A DNA stretch of 64,000 nucleotides from the human T2T-CHM13v2.0 reference genome, Homo sapiens. The number at the start of each line of letters is the position of its first letter. Within the stretch, counting starts at the first letter, position 1. Both the position numbers and the translations under genes were made by a program. The notes under the pieces are model-generated. The model worked only from the letters and a program-made list of their open reading frames with translations. It did not search any database and was not told the origin of the DNA. Below, piece by piece: positions 27,769-42,990 of this stretch. The stretch lies in assembly GCF_009914755.1 (NCBI RefSeq), contig NC_060927.1; one strand, 5' to 3'.

Positions 27769-28622
27769 TCTCCTTGTTATCATGGTGAAACCCTCCCTTC
27801 TGTGGAATAATTAAGGTCAGATGGTGAAACTTTCCTAGAGTTGGCAAATACTTGTTGTATCTGACCCTGATATCACAGGAGCTTTCATTTTAGCCTTGCT
27901 CATCCTAAACAAAGTCCCAAGTGAGCCAATCTTATTCTTCTAAAGGCAATCAAGATTTACATTTATGGTTGAATAAAGATTTGACAGAAGTGAAACAAAA
28001 TAATGTCTATTGCTACAAAGAAAGAAAAAATAAAATTATTCTTTTTAAAAAACTATCTGCCTTAAGTCCTGCTTAACATTTTAAATAGTCACCATTTCCA
28101 AATTTGAAGCCAGATGATGTTCACAGTTTTTCCCCTGAAGAATAAAATGACTGATAGGACAGTACACAGATATATGCCTCCCATCACAATAACATCGTCA
28201 TGTATAAATAGGAATTAAGATAAAAGGCATCCATTTATTCAACCATTGATAGGTTAAGCAAGATACGTAGGGCTGAAAAGTTTTGTTTCCTGGACCAACG
28301 TTCAAGACTAGGCCAAATGTTAAAGGTAGCTATAATCATACCACAGGCATAAATACTGCCCAGCGTGGTATAAAATTTAGCCAGAGAGATAAATAATATA
28401 TAAAGAACTTGATTTCTGTACTACGAATTTCTTCTGCTGATTTTTGAGAGGATGGTCTCTCCAGAAGGGGAGTAGGGGGAAAAAAAAAACACCTGGTACT
28501 TAATAGACATTACCATTTAAAATGTATGTATCCTGTTGGTATGTTAAAACAAAATGCTTACTTTAAAAAAGTAATATGAATGGATTCATGGCAGGGAGAA
28601 AGAAATTTCTACCTTAGCTCAC

Positions 28623-28912
28623 TTTTTTTTGAGACAGAGTCTCACTCTGTCGCCCAGGCTGGAGTGCAGTGGCGTGATCTAGGCTCACCGCAACCTCCGC
28701 CTCCTGGATTCAAGTGATTCTCCTGCCTCAGCCTTTCAAGTAGCTGGGATTATAGGCGCCCACCACCATGCCCGGCTAATTTTTGTATTTTTAGTAGAGA
28801 TGAGGTTTTACCACGTTGGCCAGGCTGGTTTCAAACTCCTGACCTCAGGTGATCCACGTGCCTCAGCCTTCCAAAGTGCTGGGATTACAGGTATGAGCCA
28901 CCGTGCCCGGCC
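28623..28912 (-). mobile_element. AluSx-like
   Basis: Antisense Alu; TSD taccttagctca at 28610-28621 and 28914-28925. Confidence 0.95.
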
Positions 28913-29176
28913 GTACCTTAGCTCATATTAAGAGCACCATCAAGGCTCTGGAGTAGAGAAACAGTGTTTGTGAAGAAATGGTATACTGAGTGGAGAATGG
29001 CCCAATATGGGTTTGTTGGGTTCCAGAGAGAACCAACTCTGGGATATTGACAGCCATACTCCTAGGGTGCGTGCTGTTCCATGTGCCCCCTGGATTCCCT
29101 TACCTCTTCCTCGGTATCTGGCCTGGTCCTGTTTCTCATCATTTTGCAAGCCCAGTACTTGCCACCACAGAGATGT

Positions 29177-29530
29177 TACTGTAGTCTGAATGTATGTGTC
29201 TCTCCAAAATTCGTATTTTGAAACCTAATCACCAATGTGACGGTGTTAGGAGGTGGGGCTTTTGGCAGGTGATTCTGAGACCTCAACGAATGCCATGAGT
29301 GCCCTTCTAAGAGGCCCCAGAAAGCACCCTTGCCCTTCCCACCATGTGAGGATGCAGCAAGAAGGCATCACCTATAAACCAGGAAATGGGTCTTCACTAG
29401 ACATCAAATCTACTGACATCCTGATTATGGAATTCCCAGCCTCCAGAACTGCAAGAAGTAAAGTTCTGTTGTTTATAAGCCACCTATTTTATGGCATGTT
29501 GTTATAGCAGCCTGACCAGATGGAAACAGA
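29177..29530 (+). mobile_element. MLT1A-type MaLR solo LTR
   Basis: tctgaatgtatgtgtctctccaaaattc ... cccagcctccagaactg ... tttataagccacc ... gttatagcagcc. Confidence 0.85.
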
Positions 29531-30177
29531 CATGCAATGGCAGAGGCAGCAGCAGTTCTACCAGGGAAACTGGAGAGACAGGCACACAGGGCTCAGAGAC
29601 CGAGGTTCTGTTACCAGTGGGGAAAAATGTGGTCTGTCCTTGCTTTTTATTCTTTTTCTCCCTTGAAGGATTCTGAGCACAGTGGACCCTCCAAATGTGG
29701 CCCTTGTCAATGGGTTACAGTTTAGCTTGGGGTGGCTTTGCTTTCTTCATCCACACAATGAGAAAACAGGAGGCAACAGAGCAGTCTTCATGAGTGGATT
29801 CTGCTCGGTGCCCAGCAGATGCCCGTAACAGCTGTTAACTGACCACTCCCAAGTCTGATGCCAATACCTCTCTTTCAGAGACTGGCCACCTCTAAGTACT
29901 GGTTTCTTCTGCTGCTGAAGAAAGCCAAGGGACTTTATCTTACAGGGTCAGGTAAACTCCCTGTGCACAGATCCTATGCCTCAATGAGATGTTTTTAAAT
30001 AGGTTTTTTTCCCATTTAAAGTAATTTTTCTCCAACGTTTATGCTTATTTGAAGTTTTCATGGCAAACTAGCATTTATTGAACACTTATTACATACTAGA
30101 TACAATGCTAGGAAACTGACCTGCATGATCTCTTAGATCTCAAAGCTTGCATTTTGAGCATCTCATACATTTTGAGT

Positions 30178-30860
<683 letters not shown>

Positions 30861-30879
30861 TGAATTAAGTACTTTTTAA

Positions 30880-31340
30880 TTTTATTTTCTTTCATCTTTA
30901 ACTTTTATTTTAAGTTCAAGGGTACATGTGCAGGTTTGTTTTATAGGTAAACTCATGTCATGGGGGTGTGCACATTATTTCATCACTCAGGTACTAAGCC
31001 CAGTACCCAATAGTTATTTTTTTTCTGCTCTTCTCCTTCCTTCTACCCTTCACCCTCAAGTAGGCTCCAGTATCTGTTGTTCCCTTCTTTGTGTCCATGA
31101 GTTCTCATCACTTAGTTCGCACTTACAAGTGAGAATGTGTGGTATTTGGTTTTTTTGTTCCTGCATTAGTTTGCTAAGGATAATGCCCCCCAACTCGATC
31201 CATGCTCCTGCAAAAGACATGGTCTTCTTCTTTTTACGGCTGCATAGTATTTCATGGTGTATATGTACCACATTTTCTTTATCGAATCTGTCATTGATGG
31301 GCATTTTGGTTGATTCCATGTCTTTGCTATTGTGAATAGA
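30880..31340 (-). mobile_element. Primate L1 (older L1PA/L1PB) 3' end
   Basis: ttttattttaagttcaagggtacatgtgcaggtttg ... ttgattccatgtctttgctattgtgaatag. Confidence 0.9.
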
Positions 31341-31344
31341 AGCA

Positions 31345-31500
31345 CTCTTCTTTTATATCTGCCTAACAGATGGGGAGCCTGAGACTCAGAACAGTAAAGA
31401 ACTTGCCCAGGTCACCCAGCTAATACGTGGCAGGCAGGAGTCACATCCAGATGTCTGCCTGTGGAAGTCCATGCATGCCTTTTCACTAGAGCTCACTGCA
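31345..31500 (-). mobile_element. MIR SINE (likely continuation of the MIR piece at about 30060-30140)
   Basis: acagatggggagcctgagactcaga ... acttgcccaggtcacccagctaa. Confidence 0.7.
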
Positions 31501-32222
31501 CTTCCCCTTCCAAGTGAAAAATGTAGATGACAATGTTTGTGGAAGATGACAGAATCTGTTATTGTTAGAATTCTCATATATACATTATGGGGGCTTTTAA
31601 AATGATTTGAGGTAAAATATACATATATAATGTATCATCTTTACCATTTTCAAGTGTACAGTTCAGTGGTAATAAACATTCACATTCTTTTCTGTGGTGG
31701 TTGTTCTAAGCAACTAAAAGTTTGTTGATTTTGAGAACTATTATAATAGCAAAAGAAAAAAGTCTGAGCGAAAGAATCCTGTCACTGAAAAAATATATCA
31801 ATAGGTGAGAGTGCGATGACAGGGCAAATCACTACCTATGCTAACATTCTCTCCATTGATCCTTCCTCCCTGCATTATGATTTGTGTCTTTCATGGACAT
31901 GAGCTTTACTCTCCATCATGATGGCTAAAAGTCAGTACAGACCCAATCAGCAAGCCCAGTGGCCCCTCATCTGTTGGAGTCATTAAATCAAAGTAAACAC
32001 TACCAACAATCTTAAGCCTCAAATCCTGATTCATCTTGACCATCCACTGGAAACGACAGGCTTCTTACAAAGTAAGAAATTTAAAAATTCTCCACAGGGA
32101 GTATGTCAGGTATCTGACAAATGTGGCCTCACCATTTTCTTTATGATAACCACATTTTCTTAATGCAAAGTTATAGCATTGAATATAGCATGAAGGTGCT
32201 CTTAGTAAGAGTTCTTAAATAA

Positions 32223-32633
<411 letters not shown>

Positions 32634-33844
32634 AAGATTTATTTTACATTTGCTATTATTCATTGTAGTGGAAGTTGATCTCAGAACGAATGAATCAGTA
32701 GAGACCAGCACTGTGTCTCATTTTATCATGTTAGGAAGTGGTTGAAAATCTAAACCCTATCATTTATTTCAGTGAAAAGAAATATGCCTGAAAAGAACCA
32801 TTAGCCAGGCTTATTCTACATGTATATGTTTTTATTTTTAGCATTTTGCAGCATTCTTAGTCAATTTTGCAGATAATTCAGGAAGCTATGTAAACATGGA
32901 ATGTGCAGCATGAGTTTGGAGACCAAAGAAATCTCAAAAGGAATCATTTGGACATGTCTCCAATTTAATTAAATAAACAAACACCGGAGAGATCTGTGTT
33001 AGTGGAACCCATCTCATGAATGTATTAGGTAATGGTCACCACAAATGTGTTTTGTTAAAAATGGGCAGTTGGCTTCATTCATCTATTGAGAGACACCATC
33101 TCCCCATCCTCACCCTACAACAACAGTTGAAGTTCCTAAGATAATCTGGACATGAAACACAAAACTTTTCATGTAGATTAGTGACTTTTTCTTTTAAAAT
33201 GAAATCTGGAGAAGTTAAGCCATTTAGATGGTTTTGCGGACAGCAGATGCATCATATCACAGACATGTCATGTGTACATAAAAAAAGTATGTGTTGTGGT
33301 AACTGCCAAGTCATTCACAGCCTAGGTTCCCCAAGGACAGGGGTTCAGCCATGGGGAGGCCAGAGAAAGGGTCATGATTCACTACGGCAGGGCCAGCGCT
33401 TGGACAGAGTTGCCTTTAATTGCCTGGTTGTCATCTCCCAGATACTCTCGGGTGACACTGTAGCTAGAGTAATGAAGAAAATAAATACACAGAATCTCAT
33501 ATATTCCTTGATCCTGAAATGCTCTATTTGCTCAATATTCATTAATGAGAGAAAAAATTAGATCATCTCTCATGTTTCACATTGATACCATATATCATTT
33601 TTGCTTGAGTATAAACTGACATATGTGTTCTTTCAATTATATGAAAAGCAAGATGTCAGATAGATTACATGTTTGCAATGATGCTGTTCTTTATGCTCAC
33701 ACTTTTGATTGGGAAAGTTTGCAGTTGAAAGGCAAGGGTAATCAGCTCAGAACAATCTGAATGGTAATTTTCTCTAGAGGTATAAAGTCATACTTTTGTC
33801 ATTAAAAGGTCACATAGTTTGTGAACCTTTAAAAAAGGAACTTG

Positions 33845-34103
33845 AGGCCGAGGCGGGCAGATCACGAGGTCAGGAGATCGAGACCATCCTGGCTAACACG
33901 GTGAAACCCTGTCTGTACTAAAAATACAAAAAAAATTAGCCAGGCGTGGTGGTGGGCCCCTGTAGTCCCAGCTACTTGGGAGCCCGAAGCAGGAGAATGG
34001 TGTGAACCTGGGAGGCAGAGCTTGCCGTGAGTGAGATTGCACCACTGCACTCCAGCTTGGGCAACAGGTGAGACTCCGTCTCAAAAAAAAAAAAAAAAAA
34101 AAA
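33845..34103 (+). mobile_element. 5'-truncated AluY
   Basis: AluY diagnostics (atcgagaccatcctggctaacacggtg, gaatggtgtgaacc, gagcttg); TSD aaa(g)gaacttga. Confidence 0.9.
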
Positions 34104-34289
34104 GAACTTGATTCCATTTGGGTCTAGAATTTTTCATCATATTGCAGAAAGCAGCAAGAGGTAAGCCTGAAACACTTTAGTTTGGGTGTGATGGCATGTC
34201 AAGAGAAAACTGAGCTTTCCACTTGTATTCTCAATACCTCTCTGCATGTGGTGGAAGGGGGTTATCCTCATTCTGTCACTTAACAACAG

Positions 34290-34510
34290 CCATCGTTTAA
34301 GTGGCCACCACCAGATACAGGGACCACCCTAAGCTCTTTGCACACATTAGCACATTTAACATTTGCAACTACCTTTTGCCTTAAGTCTTATTGGCCCACA
34401 CTTTTACAAATGAGAAAGGAGGCTTAATGGGACTAAGTATTATGCCCAGAATCAGGATTCACAGCCAGGTCTGTCTTGCTTCCAAACCCTGTGCTCTTGA
34501 CCAGCTAAAT
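34290..34510 (-). mobile_element. MIR SINE
   Basis: ttttacaaatgagaaaggaggctta ... caggtctgtcttgcttccaaaccctgtgctctt. Confidence 0.6.
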
Positions 34511-35029
34511 ATGCAATCACCTTCAGTCATTTTGTTTTGTGACTGCTTACTATTAAGACCACCTCTGATAGAAAGGAATAGGAAAGAGAGATGCTAGGAC
34601 AAAGTGTTACCATTGCAAGTAAGGACGGCATACATGTGAGAAGGGAAGACTAGTGTCAAAAAGAGGTGGTCATCTTGTTGGGCGAGCCATGGCCAAATTC
34701 CTGCTTTCCCAGGGCTCGCTGCATTGTGACTTCAACCAAGGCCCATCCTTACTTGGTCAGACTCCAGCAGGAAAGGATTACCCAAAGCATGAAACAGAGA
34801 GCTTGGTCTCTTAGGTGGAAGAAGCTAATTCCTATGACACAGTATTTGAAAGGTGCCTGGTTACTTACTCTGAAAAGGTGTTGTCCCTGAGATGACTGGA
34901 GACACTAGTAGCACCAGAAGCCATTTTTTCAGTCACATGCTACTACTTATTACAGACATTCTCCATTATTTGAAAACTCCATATGTATACATTTCCTATG
35001 AAGGGATCTGTAACTTAGAAAAGGGTGTC

Positions 35030-35500
35030 TCCCAGTCAGAATGGCTATTATTAAAAAGTCACAAAATAACAGATGCTGGCAAGATTGTGGAGAAAAAGGA
35101 ACACTTTTACACTGTGTGGGGAGTGTAAATTAGTGCAACCATTGTGGAAGACAGTGTGGTGATTCCTCAAATACCTAGAGACAGAAATACCCAGCAACCC
35201 CATTATTGGATATATGCTCAAAGAAATATAAATAATTCTATTATAAAGACACATTCACATGTATGTTCACTGCAGCACTATTCACAATAGCAAAGACATG
35301 GAATCAACCTAAATGCCTATCAGTGATAGACTGGATAAAGAAAATGTGGTACATATACACCATGGAAAAATAACTAATGGATAGTAGACTTAATACCTGG
35401 GTGATGAAATAATCTGTACAACCCCCATGACACATGTTTACCTATGTAACAAACCTGCACATCCTGCACGTTACCCCTGAACTTAAAAGTTTTAAAAAAA
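35030..35500 (+). mobile_element. Primate L1 3' end with internal deletion
   Basis: ORF2 C-terminal sequence (cagaatggctattattaaaaagtc) joined at about 35365 to the terminal 3'UTR (gtaacaaacctgcacatcctgcac). Confidence 0.9.
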
Positions 35501-35513
35501 AGTGCTATGTATT

Positions 35514-35825
35514 CTTTTTTATTTTTTATTTATTTATTTATTTTGAGACAGAGTCTTACACCGTCTCCCGGGCTGGAGTGAAACAGGGCGATCTCGGCTC
35601 ACTGCAACCTCTGCCTCCTGGGTTGACGGGATTCTCCTGCCTCAGCCTCCATAGTAGCTGGGATCACAGACGCACATCACCACACCCAGCTATTTTTTTG
35701 TATTTTTCGTAGAGATGGGGTTTCACCATGTTGGCCAGGCTGGTTTTGAACTCCTGACCTCATGATCCGCCCACCTCGGCCTCCCAAAGTGCTGGGATTA
35801 TAGGCGTGAGCCATGGTGCCTGGCC
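35514..35825 (-). mobile_element. AluS (AluSg-like)
   Basis: Antisense Alu. Confidence 0.95.
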
Positions 35826-35829
35826 CTGT

Positions 35830-36560
35830 GTATTCTTTATTGGGTAATTCCTAGATACTTCATGGGTTTTGTTACTCACTATTGTGAGTAATATCTTTTT
35901 TTGTCATATTCTAGTTGGTTATTATTGGTATAGAAAGTGCACAGCTGATTTATGTAAGCTGACCTTATATCAAATAACATTGTTGAACTCTCATATGAGC
36001 TCTAATTGTCATTGTTGAACTCTCACATAAGCTCTAAACTCTGCTAAGATTTTCTATGTTGGTAATTATATCATCTATAAATGATAACTATTCTGTCTCT
36101 TCCCTTCCAGTTTCTGTATCTTGTTTATTTTTCTTATTATATTGGCTAGAATCCCCAGTACAACGTTGAATCATTATTAAAACAAAGATAAAGGGCATCC
36201 TTAAATTTTCCTATATTTCAAAAGAAAAAAAGGTGTCTCTTTTTAAAAAAATCTGGAACCTAGATTCTGCTCTAAATTTTTTATTGACAGATAAGATTGT
36301 ATGCATTTATCATGTATGACATGATGTTTTGAAGTACATATACATCGTGGGATGGCTAAAGCAAGCTAATTAATATATGCATTACCTATCATAGTGGTCA
36401 TTTTTGTGGTGAGAATACTTAAAACCTACTCTCTTACCACTTTTCAAGAATACAATATATTGTTATGTAGTCATCATGTTGTACAATAGATCTCTTGAAC
36501 TTATTCCTCTTATTTAAGTGAAAATTTGTAACCTTTGACCAACGTCTTCCCAACCATCTG
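35830..36560 (-). mobile_element. Ancient L1M fragments (L1ME-like plus L1MA-like 3' end at 36275-36560)
   Basis: attggctagaatccccagtacaacgttgaa; ttgtacaatagatctcttgaacttattcct. Confidence 0.75.
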
Positions 36561-39349
36561 CTCTGCTAAATTTCTGAATACCTGTGATCACAAGTTTCTG
36601 TTGCTAAGTTGTCTCTAGGTTGCTTATCTGTAATAAAATGAGTCTTAATTATGTTGGAATAGGGTATGCACCATCTCTTTCCCATGCTAAATGAAAGCAC
36701 TCACAGGCAGAGTCGGTATAAAATCCATCACTTTATCTCCGGAGCCCAGCCTGGTGCCTGGTACACAGCAGGTACTAAACAGCCAATGGATGATGAAGTA
36801 TACCCCTTCTTCTATGTGTTTTAGTTTTTGCATTTTGAATCTCCATCTCTCCTCCTTTTCTGTATATTTCCCTTCCTTTACCTTAAATCAATTAACTTCT
36901 TTCTATAACAAATTGCCTTATATAGATGGTGCCAGAGGATGTGATCTGAACATTCACTGAGCTACCTGTTTCCAGCCTGCAGAATTAGAGAAGATTTGGA
37001 AAACAAAACCCAAAATGAACAAACAAAACAAAATACAAAATATCCCTTTCCAATTTTGCAAGGAAAACCTCTTAAGGGACAGAAGTTGATGAACAAGATC
37101 TCACCATTATACAATGATGAAGCTAGCCCGCGGATGAGAAAACGGCTACCAGGAAGTCACGATTATTGTTGTACATTATTTGTGTTTAGTGCCAGAGAAA
37201 CGATTTTCTTTCTGCAATATCTTTGCCTCAATAAAATTAAGAACGCAGTGTAAGATCCAAATTCCCCCCAAAGGGGTCAGCCTAAAAAAATTTATTATCT
37301 CTACTGCCACGGGGATTTATAGTTTCTCCTTTAATAGTTATAGTCTGATATACCATAAGTTTTGTTGGTCACTAGGTGGATTCATTTATCTCTCTTTTGA
37401 AAAACACATTGAATGTTTTAAGCAAATTCTGGCCTTTCAATTGACTGAATTTTGCATTGAGGAATGAATTGCTGAATGACTTTGGAATATGTCTCCAAAA
37501 CAAGTAGACCTTAAAATAAAAACAGATACTGAAGATTGTATTTTCCTGATTGTCAGTCAAGCTAATTACGCTTTACTCTAAAGCTTTGTCTATCAGGCTA
37601 GAAAGGAAAAGGCAACTGGGGGCTCTCTCCTTGCAGAGCCTGATGTCTGGGAATATAACACCAGTTTATTCACAGCAGGAGCCTGCTGTAATTGGCAGTT
37701 CCATTTTCCCCTACTAGAGGGTAACTCTCTAGTGAAGAAAACACAGTGTTAACAAGATTTTACAAATTTGACATATGGTATCCTATCTAAAATGACCAAC
37801 GAAAGTTCCTTATCTCCCCAAACAAATGCAGTTATCACAGGATAGGACTACAAAGAGTGATAGAAAAAAAAAAAAGGGGGGGCCCTTGGAGTTCTTTTAT
37901 GGGGCCTGCAAATCTGTGGTCTTAACAAAAAACCTATTAATAACAACAAAAGCAAGACACTCACGGTGGCTGTGTCTCCAAGAGTTGGTGATGAAATGAT
38001 GGTAAAAACCTCACCTGAATTGGTGCTTCAATAACGACAGGTGATTATGGCTAGCTCATTTGGAGTGAGGATTCTGGCCCAGGAGAGAATCCTTAGTGAG
38101 TCTATTCAGTTTAGGATGGGGCTGGTCCACGCAGCAATTAAGAGGAAATAAAAGACATGCAGGAACTAGCAACAATTCTGGGTTTATCCTCACCCTCTCC
38201 CTTAACACGCAGAAACTCTAGAATGAATTTGTAGAAAGGGTCAAATTGTTTTGATGTGGATCCAAAAAGGGCTTCTTTATTATAATATAAATCTTGCTTA
38301 AAACCATACACCCCCAATGAGGTCTCTGGTTTCTGTTTTAACTAACAAAAGAATGAAAGAAAGATTATTCTGGAACATAAAACACTAGGCAGAATGTATG
38401 CAAATTTTCCAGAAAAAGCAGAGCAAGGATTTGTGTTCTCTTTCCACTTGAACATATTAAGTGATGCATCATTTCATTTTTCCTCTGTAGGACGTTTGGG
38501 TAGATTCTAAAAAGGGGCAAAAATGGGTCCCCAGGAATTTATCCTGGATCTGCTGCTAAGATACCCCCAGTTTATTGTCTACAGTCATAATCTAGGGACT
38601 GTCATCAGACCCTATCTGATGTTCCATCTGACCCCAGCTGCAGAGATGGTGCAGGAAATGGAGATTCACTTTCAGGTTGGTGATCTCAAGGGCATTACAG
38701 AATGGGATTAATGAGCAGCTTCCAAGCACCATGTACTCGCAGTAAAGCCACAGAGTCAGGTTAAGTCCTAATTTTCATGGGGAATTAAACTGCCTTTTGA
38801 TACCACCTGGTGACATATAATTGACAATCAACTGGAATCTACCCAGGTGAAGGAAGCAGCAGGATGGCAAAGCCAATTTTTTTGTTTCAGTATACTCAAT
38901 GACACACACGCTCAAATACAAAAGGACAAATATTTGTTTCTCCAATTAGATTAGTTGCTCACTCAGTGTTCCTGTTCATTTCTTCTTTCCTGCCTAGATG
39001 TTCTACACAGCGATTCCCAGTAACACCTGAACTGTTTTGAAGTAGTGGAAGGAAAGGCAGGCCTTGAGTTAACACTGAGTCCCATAGCAAGAGGGTTTGG
39101 CTTTATCAAATGTCTTACCATCTTCCAGATTATGAAAGAGTCTCAGTTCGGTGCTGCTACATCTTTTGCGCCTTGCTAATATTTGCTAATCTCAGTGGGA
39201 GATAAGAACCTCAGAGTGTCACACAGTAGAACTCAGCTAGCATCTAATAATGGGCTGCTTTCATTCTGTTCATTTTTATGGCTATTCCCTCTATTTATGA
39301 CAAGCATTACTGATTTTCCATTTCTAGAAGTCAGAGAATGTTTTCATGG

Positions 39350-39670
39350 AAAATATAGTTACTCATGCTAAGTGAAATAAGCCAGTTACAAAAGGACAAG
39401 TACTATATAATTCCACTTATATGAGGTGCCTGGGGTAGTCAAATTCATAGACAGGAAGTCGAATGGAGGCTGCCAGGGTTAGAGGAAGGAGGGAATTAGG
39501 AGCTGTCATTTATTGGATAAAGAGTTTCATTATTTGCAAGATGAGAAAATCCTGGAGATTGGTCACACAACAATGCAAATATATTTAACACCATTGCACT
39601 GCACACCTAAATATGGTTAAGATGGCAAATTTTATGTTATGTATATTGTACCATAATAATAATAATTAAA
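39350..39670 (+). mobile_element. L1MB-like 3' end
   Basis: atgctaagtgaaataagccagttacaaaaggacaagtac ... atggttaagatggcaaattttatgttatg. Confidence 0.85.
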
Positions 39671-39719
39671 AAAAAAGCTGAAGAGGGAGGCAGAGAGGAG
39701 GATCAGAGGAAGCTGTGCT

Positions 39720-39945
39720 ATGGAAGCATCATCAGAGAGATGGCACACTGTTGGCTTTGGAAATGGGAAGCGACCATGAGCCAAGAAATGTGGGCAGCCT
39801 CTAGAAGCTGGAAAAGTCAAGGAAACAGATTTTCCCTTAGAGCCTCCAGAAAAGAATGCAGCCATGTTCACACCTTGATTATAGTTTGGTTACACATTTT
39901 GATTCTGGCTTCCAGGGCTTACAAATTTGTGTTGTTTTAAGCACC
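39720..39945 (+). mobile_element. MLT1 MaLR LTR fragment
   Basis: gagccaagaaatgtgggcagcctctagaagctggaaaag ... agagcctccaga. Confidence 0.8.
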
Positions 39946-40294
39946 TTTTCCCCCCTCTCCATGCCCCAAATACAGTCGCTTACTCTTTTTTTTTTTCTTT
40001 GAGTCAATTAAAGCACATTTGGAAATTATAGTGACGAGGTACATGTCTATGGAAAAACCATGAAGATGGCATGAGAATGCTTAATGTTTGAACAGAAGCC
40101 CTATCTCCTGGGCTGTAAAAGTCAAACCATGTTTTCCAAGATCTCTTATACACAAAAGGCATCATTACCATGGTGACAGATTGAAATAGGTATTTAACAA
40201 GCTTTAAATAACCCCAACTGAGGCAGTGTTCTTTAATTTTTAAAAGCACCCCCACCCAAACCCTCTCATTGTGTTGACTGATGCAAAAGTGCAC

Positions 40295-40525
40295 CAGAGG
40301 TTAAGCGGGAGATCTGGAGCCAGCGATCCTGGATTTAACCCTGGCTCTGCCACTTACCAGCTGAATAAACTTGGGCTTATCACCTAACCTCAGAGCCTCA
40401 GCTTCTGCATTTGAGAAATGGGATCATTAGTACCTCCCTCAAAGGAGCTACTATGAGAATCAAAGAAGAAGCATGACAACTTTTGGTTTACGCCTGACAC
40501 CTAATAGGTGTTCAAGTAATATTGG
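40295..40525 (+). mobile_element. MIR SINE
   Basis: ctggctctgccacttaccagctg ... gcctcagcttctgcatttgagaaatggg. Confidence 0.8.
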
Positions 40526-40618
40526 CTCCTATTATTATTATGATTATACTTATTATTACTAGGCATTCTGATGCTACCAAATATCTATTTTATTTCTTTC
40601 AAGAAAAAAAGATTCATC

Positions 40619-40911
40619 TTTTTTTTTTTTTTGAGATGAAGTCTCACTCTGTCACCCAGGCTAGAGTGCAGTGGCACAATCTCGGCTCACTGCAACCTCC
40701 GCCTCCCGGGTTCAAGCAATTCTCTGACTCAGCCTCCCGAATAGCTGGAATTACAGGTGCCCACCACCATGCCCAGATAATTTTTGTATCTTTAGTGGAA
40801 ACAAGGTTTCACCATGTTGGCCAGGCCGGTCTTGAACTCCTGACCTCGTGATCCATCCGCCTCAGCCTCCCGAAGTGCTGGGATTACAGGCGTGAGCCAC
40901 CACTCCCGGTC
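40619..40911 (-). mobile_element. AluS (AluSg-like)
   Basis: Antisense Alu; TSD gattcatct. Confidence 0.95.
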
Positions 40912-41408
40912 ATGATTCATCTCTTTAATACGAATGAGATCTGAACAACTCTAGCCACCAGTGGAGGTTGCATTATTTGGCGTCAGGTGACTTTGGAGTC
41001 TTCCATCAAGGCAAGGTATGCATGCTCTTGGGGATGGCTCTGCTTTTAGTGAAATTCACCAACACTCCGTGCTTACTCACTGTGATTACAATCACCGTTC
41101 ATGTAGGGGTCAGCCCAAAAGCTTTTGGCCAACTCACGTTTAAAGCCTGACCCAAATGCCCGGTTTGTCCACAGCTGTCATTTATCAGCAACACAATACC
41201 CCAGGGCAATGTACTCATCAAACGCTTATTGACTTAAGCTGATGGGGTTTTTTTTTCATAACATTAGAAAATATTACTTCTGATTTGAATGTTTTCTTTG
41301 CAGGATGGAAATTAAAACAAAGTGCTATTTACATGGCACCCATTTTCTGATTGGATGCACTGATTGAAGGTGAGCATTTACTCATGAAAATATCTTGGTA
41401 GCTTAAGG

Positions 41409-41636
41409 CAGAGTTTCTCAACTTCAGCCCTGTTGACATCTTGGGCCAGATAGTTCTATGTTGAAAGTGGGTAGTTAGTTCAATGTGCTGTACGTTGTAG
41501 GATGTCTAGCAGCATCCCTGGCCTCTACCCACTAGATGCTAGTTGTCCTTCCTCCTCAGCAGTGACAACCAAAAACGTCTCCAGACATTATTAAATGTTC
41601 CTTGGGGGCAAAATTGCCTCCAGGTGAGAACCACTG
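41409..41636. mobile_element. MER20 hAT DNA transposon
   Basis: cagagtttctcaac ... agcagcatccctggcctctacccactagatg ... gagaaccactg. Confidence 0.85.
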
Positions 41637-41929
41637 CATTGGGGTATGATATCAGCTCTGAGATTACTAACTAATCAAGATTAGTGGCTGTTGGCTAAAA
41701 AAAAAAATTAAAATATTGAACATAGGAAGATTCATAGTTATAGCTACCAGTTGTGAATAATTTAAAAGAAGCATTTTTATATTTTTAATCGTGTCCCTCA
41801 ATCAATAAATACAAATTAAATATAGTAAGTGAAATTGCCGTGTAAACTATATAGTGTTAGATAACTAAAATTATACCAGTGTGGTCTGAGACTATATAAA
41901 GGATGGGCTGCTTGAAGAACTAACCTTCA

Positions 41930-42110
41930 TGAAGTCTGTGCTATGTGCTAAGTACTTTGTTCATACCAGCTCATTTGAGCCTCATCCACTAGGTTTTATG
42001 GAGGAGGAAAAGCTCAGGAAAGAGAAGTAACATGATCAAGGTCACTCAGCTAGTAAGAGGTGGTGGTAGGATTTGAATCCAGGGCTGTAACTTTCCAAAG
42101 CCTAATGCTC
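41930..42110 (-). mobile_element. MIR SINE
   Basis: caaggtcactcagctagtaagaggtgg ... ggatttgaatccagg. Confidence 0.75.
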
Positions 42111-42510
42111 CCCCACCCCACTTACTGCCCGCCATGTGCTGTGGATGCTGTTCTTGAATAAGAGGGAAATACTCCTATGCTCCTTGACAAGTCCTTCTGG
42201 AAACAATGCACAGACATACAGAGAAGCCAGCCACAGGTGGAGTGAAATCTGTCACCTAGAGCTGAAGCCACTTGAAATGGTTAACTCAAGTCTACATGCA
42301 GGACCCAAAGACCCACTGTGCCAATCATTCCGACCAACTAGTCCCAAACGGACATTTTTGAGATCCATTGTTAGTATGTGCTATTCTTTTCCCCTAAAAC
42401 ATCCAGAAAATTAACCTTCAATGAAAATATCTGGGAGAAACACATTCCAAATTGACTTAGACAACAAAAGGAAATAATTGATTCCATTTTGCAATTTTAA
42501 AACTTGATGT

Positions 42511-42990
42511 CTGTAATGTGTTGAAATGTGCCCCTCCACCCCCGACTGACTCAAAAGATATGCTAGAGTCCTAACGGCCAGTCCTTCAGAATGTGACCTT
42601 ATTTGGAAATAGGGTCTTTACAGAGGCAATTAAGTAAAAATGAGGTCATTAAGGGTTGGCCCTAATCCAACATGACTGGTGTCTTCATAAAAAGGGGATA
42701 TTTTGATACAGAGGGACAACGATGTGAAGAGATATAGAACACCATGTGAAGACAGGGCATTGGAGTGGTGCATCTTCCAGCCCAGGAACGCCAAAGCTTG
42801 CCGGCAAACCATCCAGCAGCTAGGAAGAAGCAAAAAAAGGTCCCCCCCCAGGTTTCACAAGGAACGTGGCCCTGAAAACACCCTGATTTTGGGTTTCTAG
42901 CCTTCAGAACTTTGAGACAATACATTTCTCTTTTTTTCAGCCACCTAGTTTACAGTACTTTGTAAATGCAGCCCTAAAAAACTCATATAG
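42511..42990 (+). mobile_element. MLT1B/C-type MaLR solo LTR
   Basis: tcagaatgtgaccttatttggaaatagggtc ... ccctaatccaacatgactggtgtc ... gcagccctaaaaaactcata. Confidence 0.85.

Noticed and set aside
30928-31335. 135-aa and 87-aa ORFs
   Set aside because: Decayed L1 ORF2 end and 3'UTR.
35977-36040. Short tandem duplications (about 32 bp here; 16 bp at 6547-6578; 17 bp near 49000-49030; near 50257-50300)
   Set aside because: Ordinary two-copy slippage duplications; no spacer structure, not CRISPR-like.
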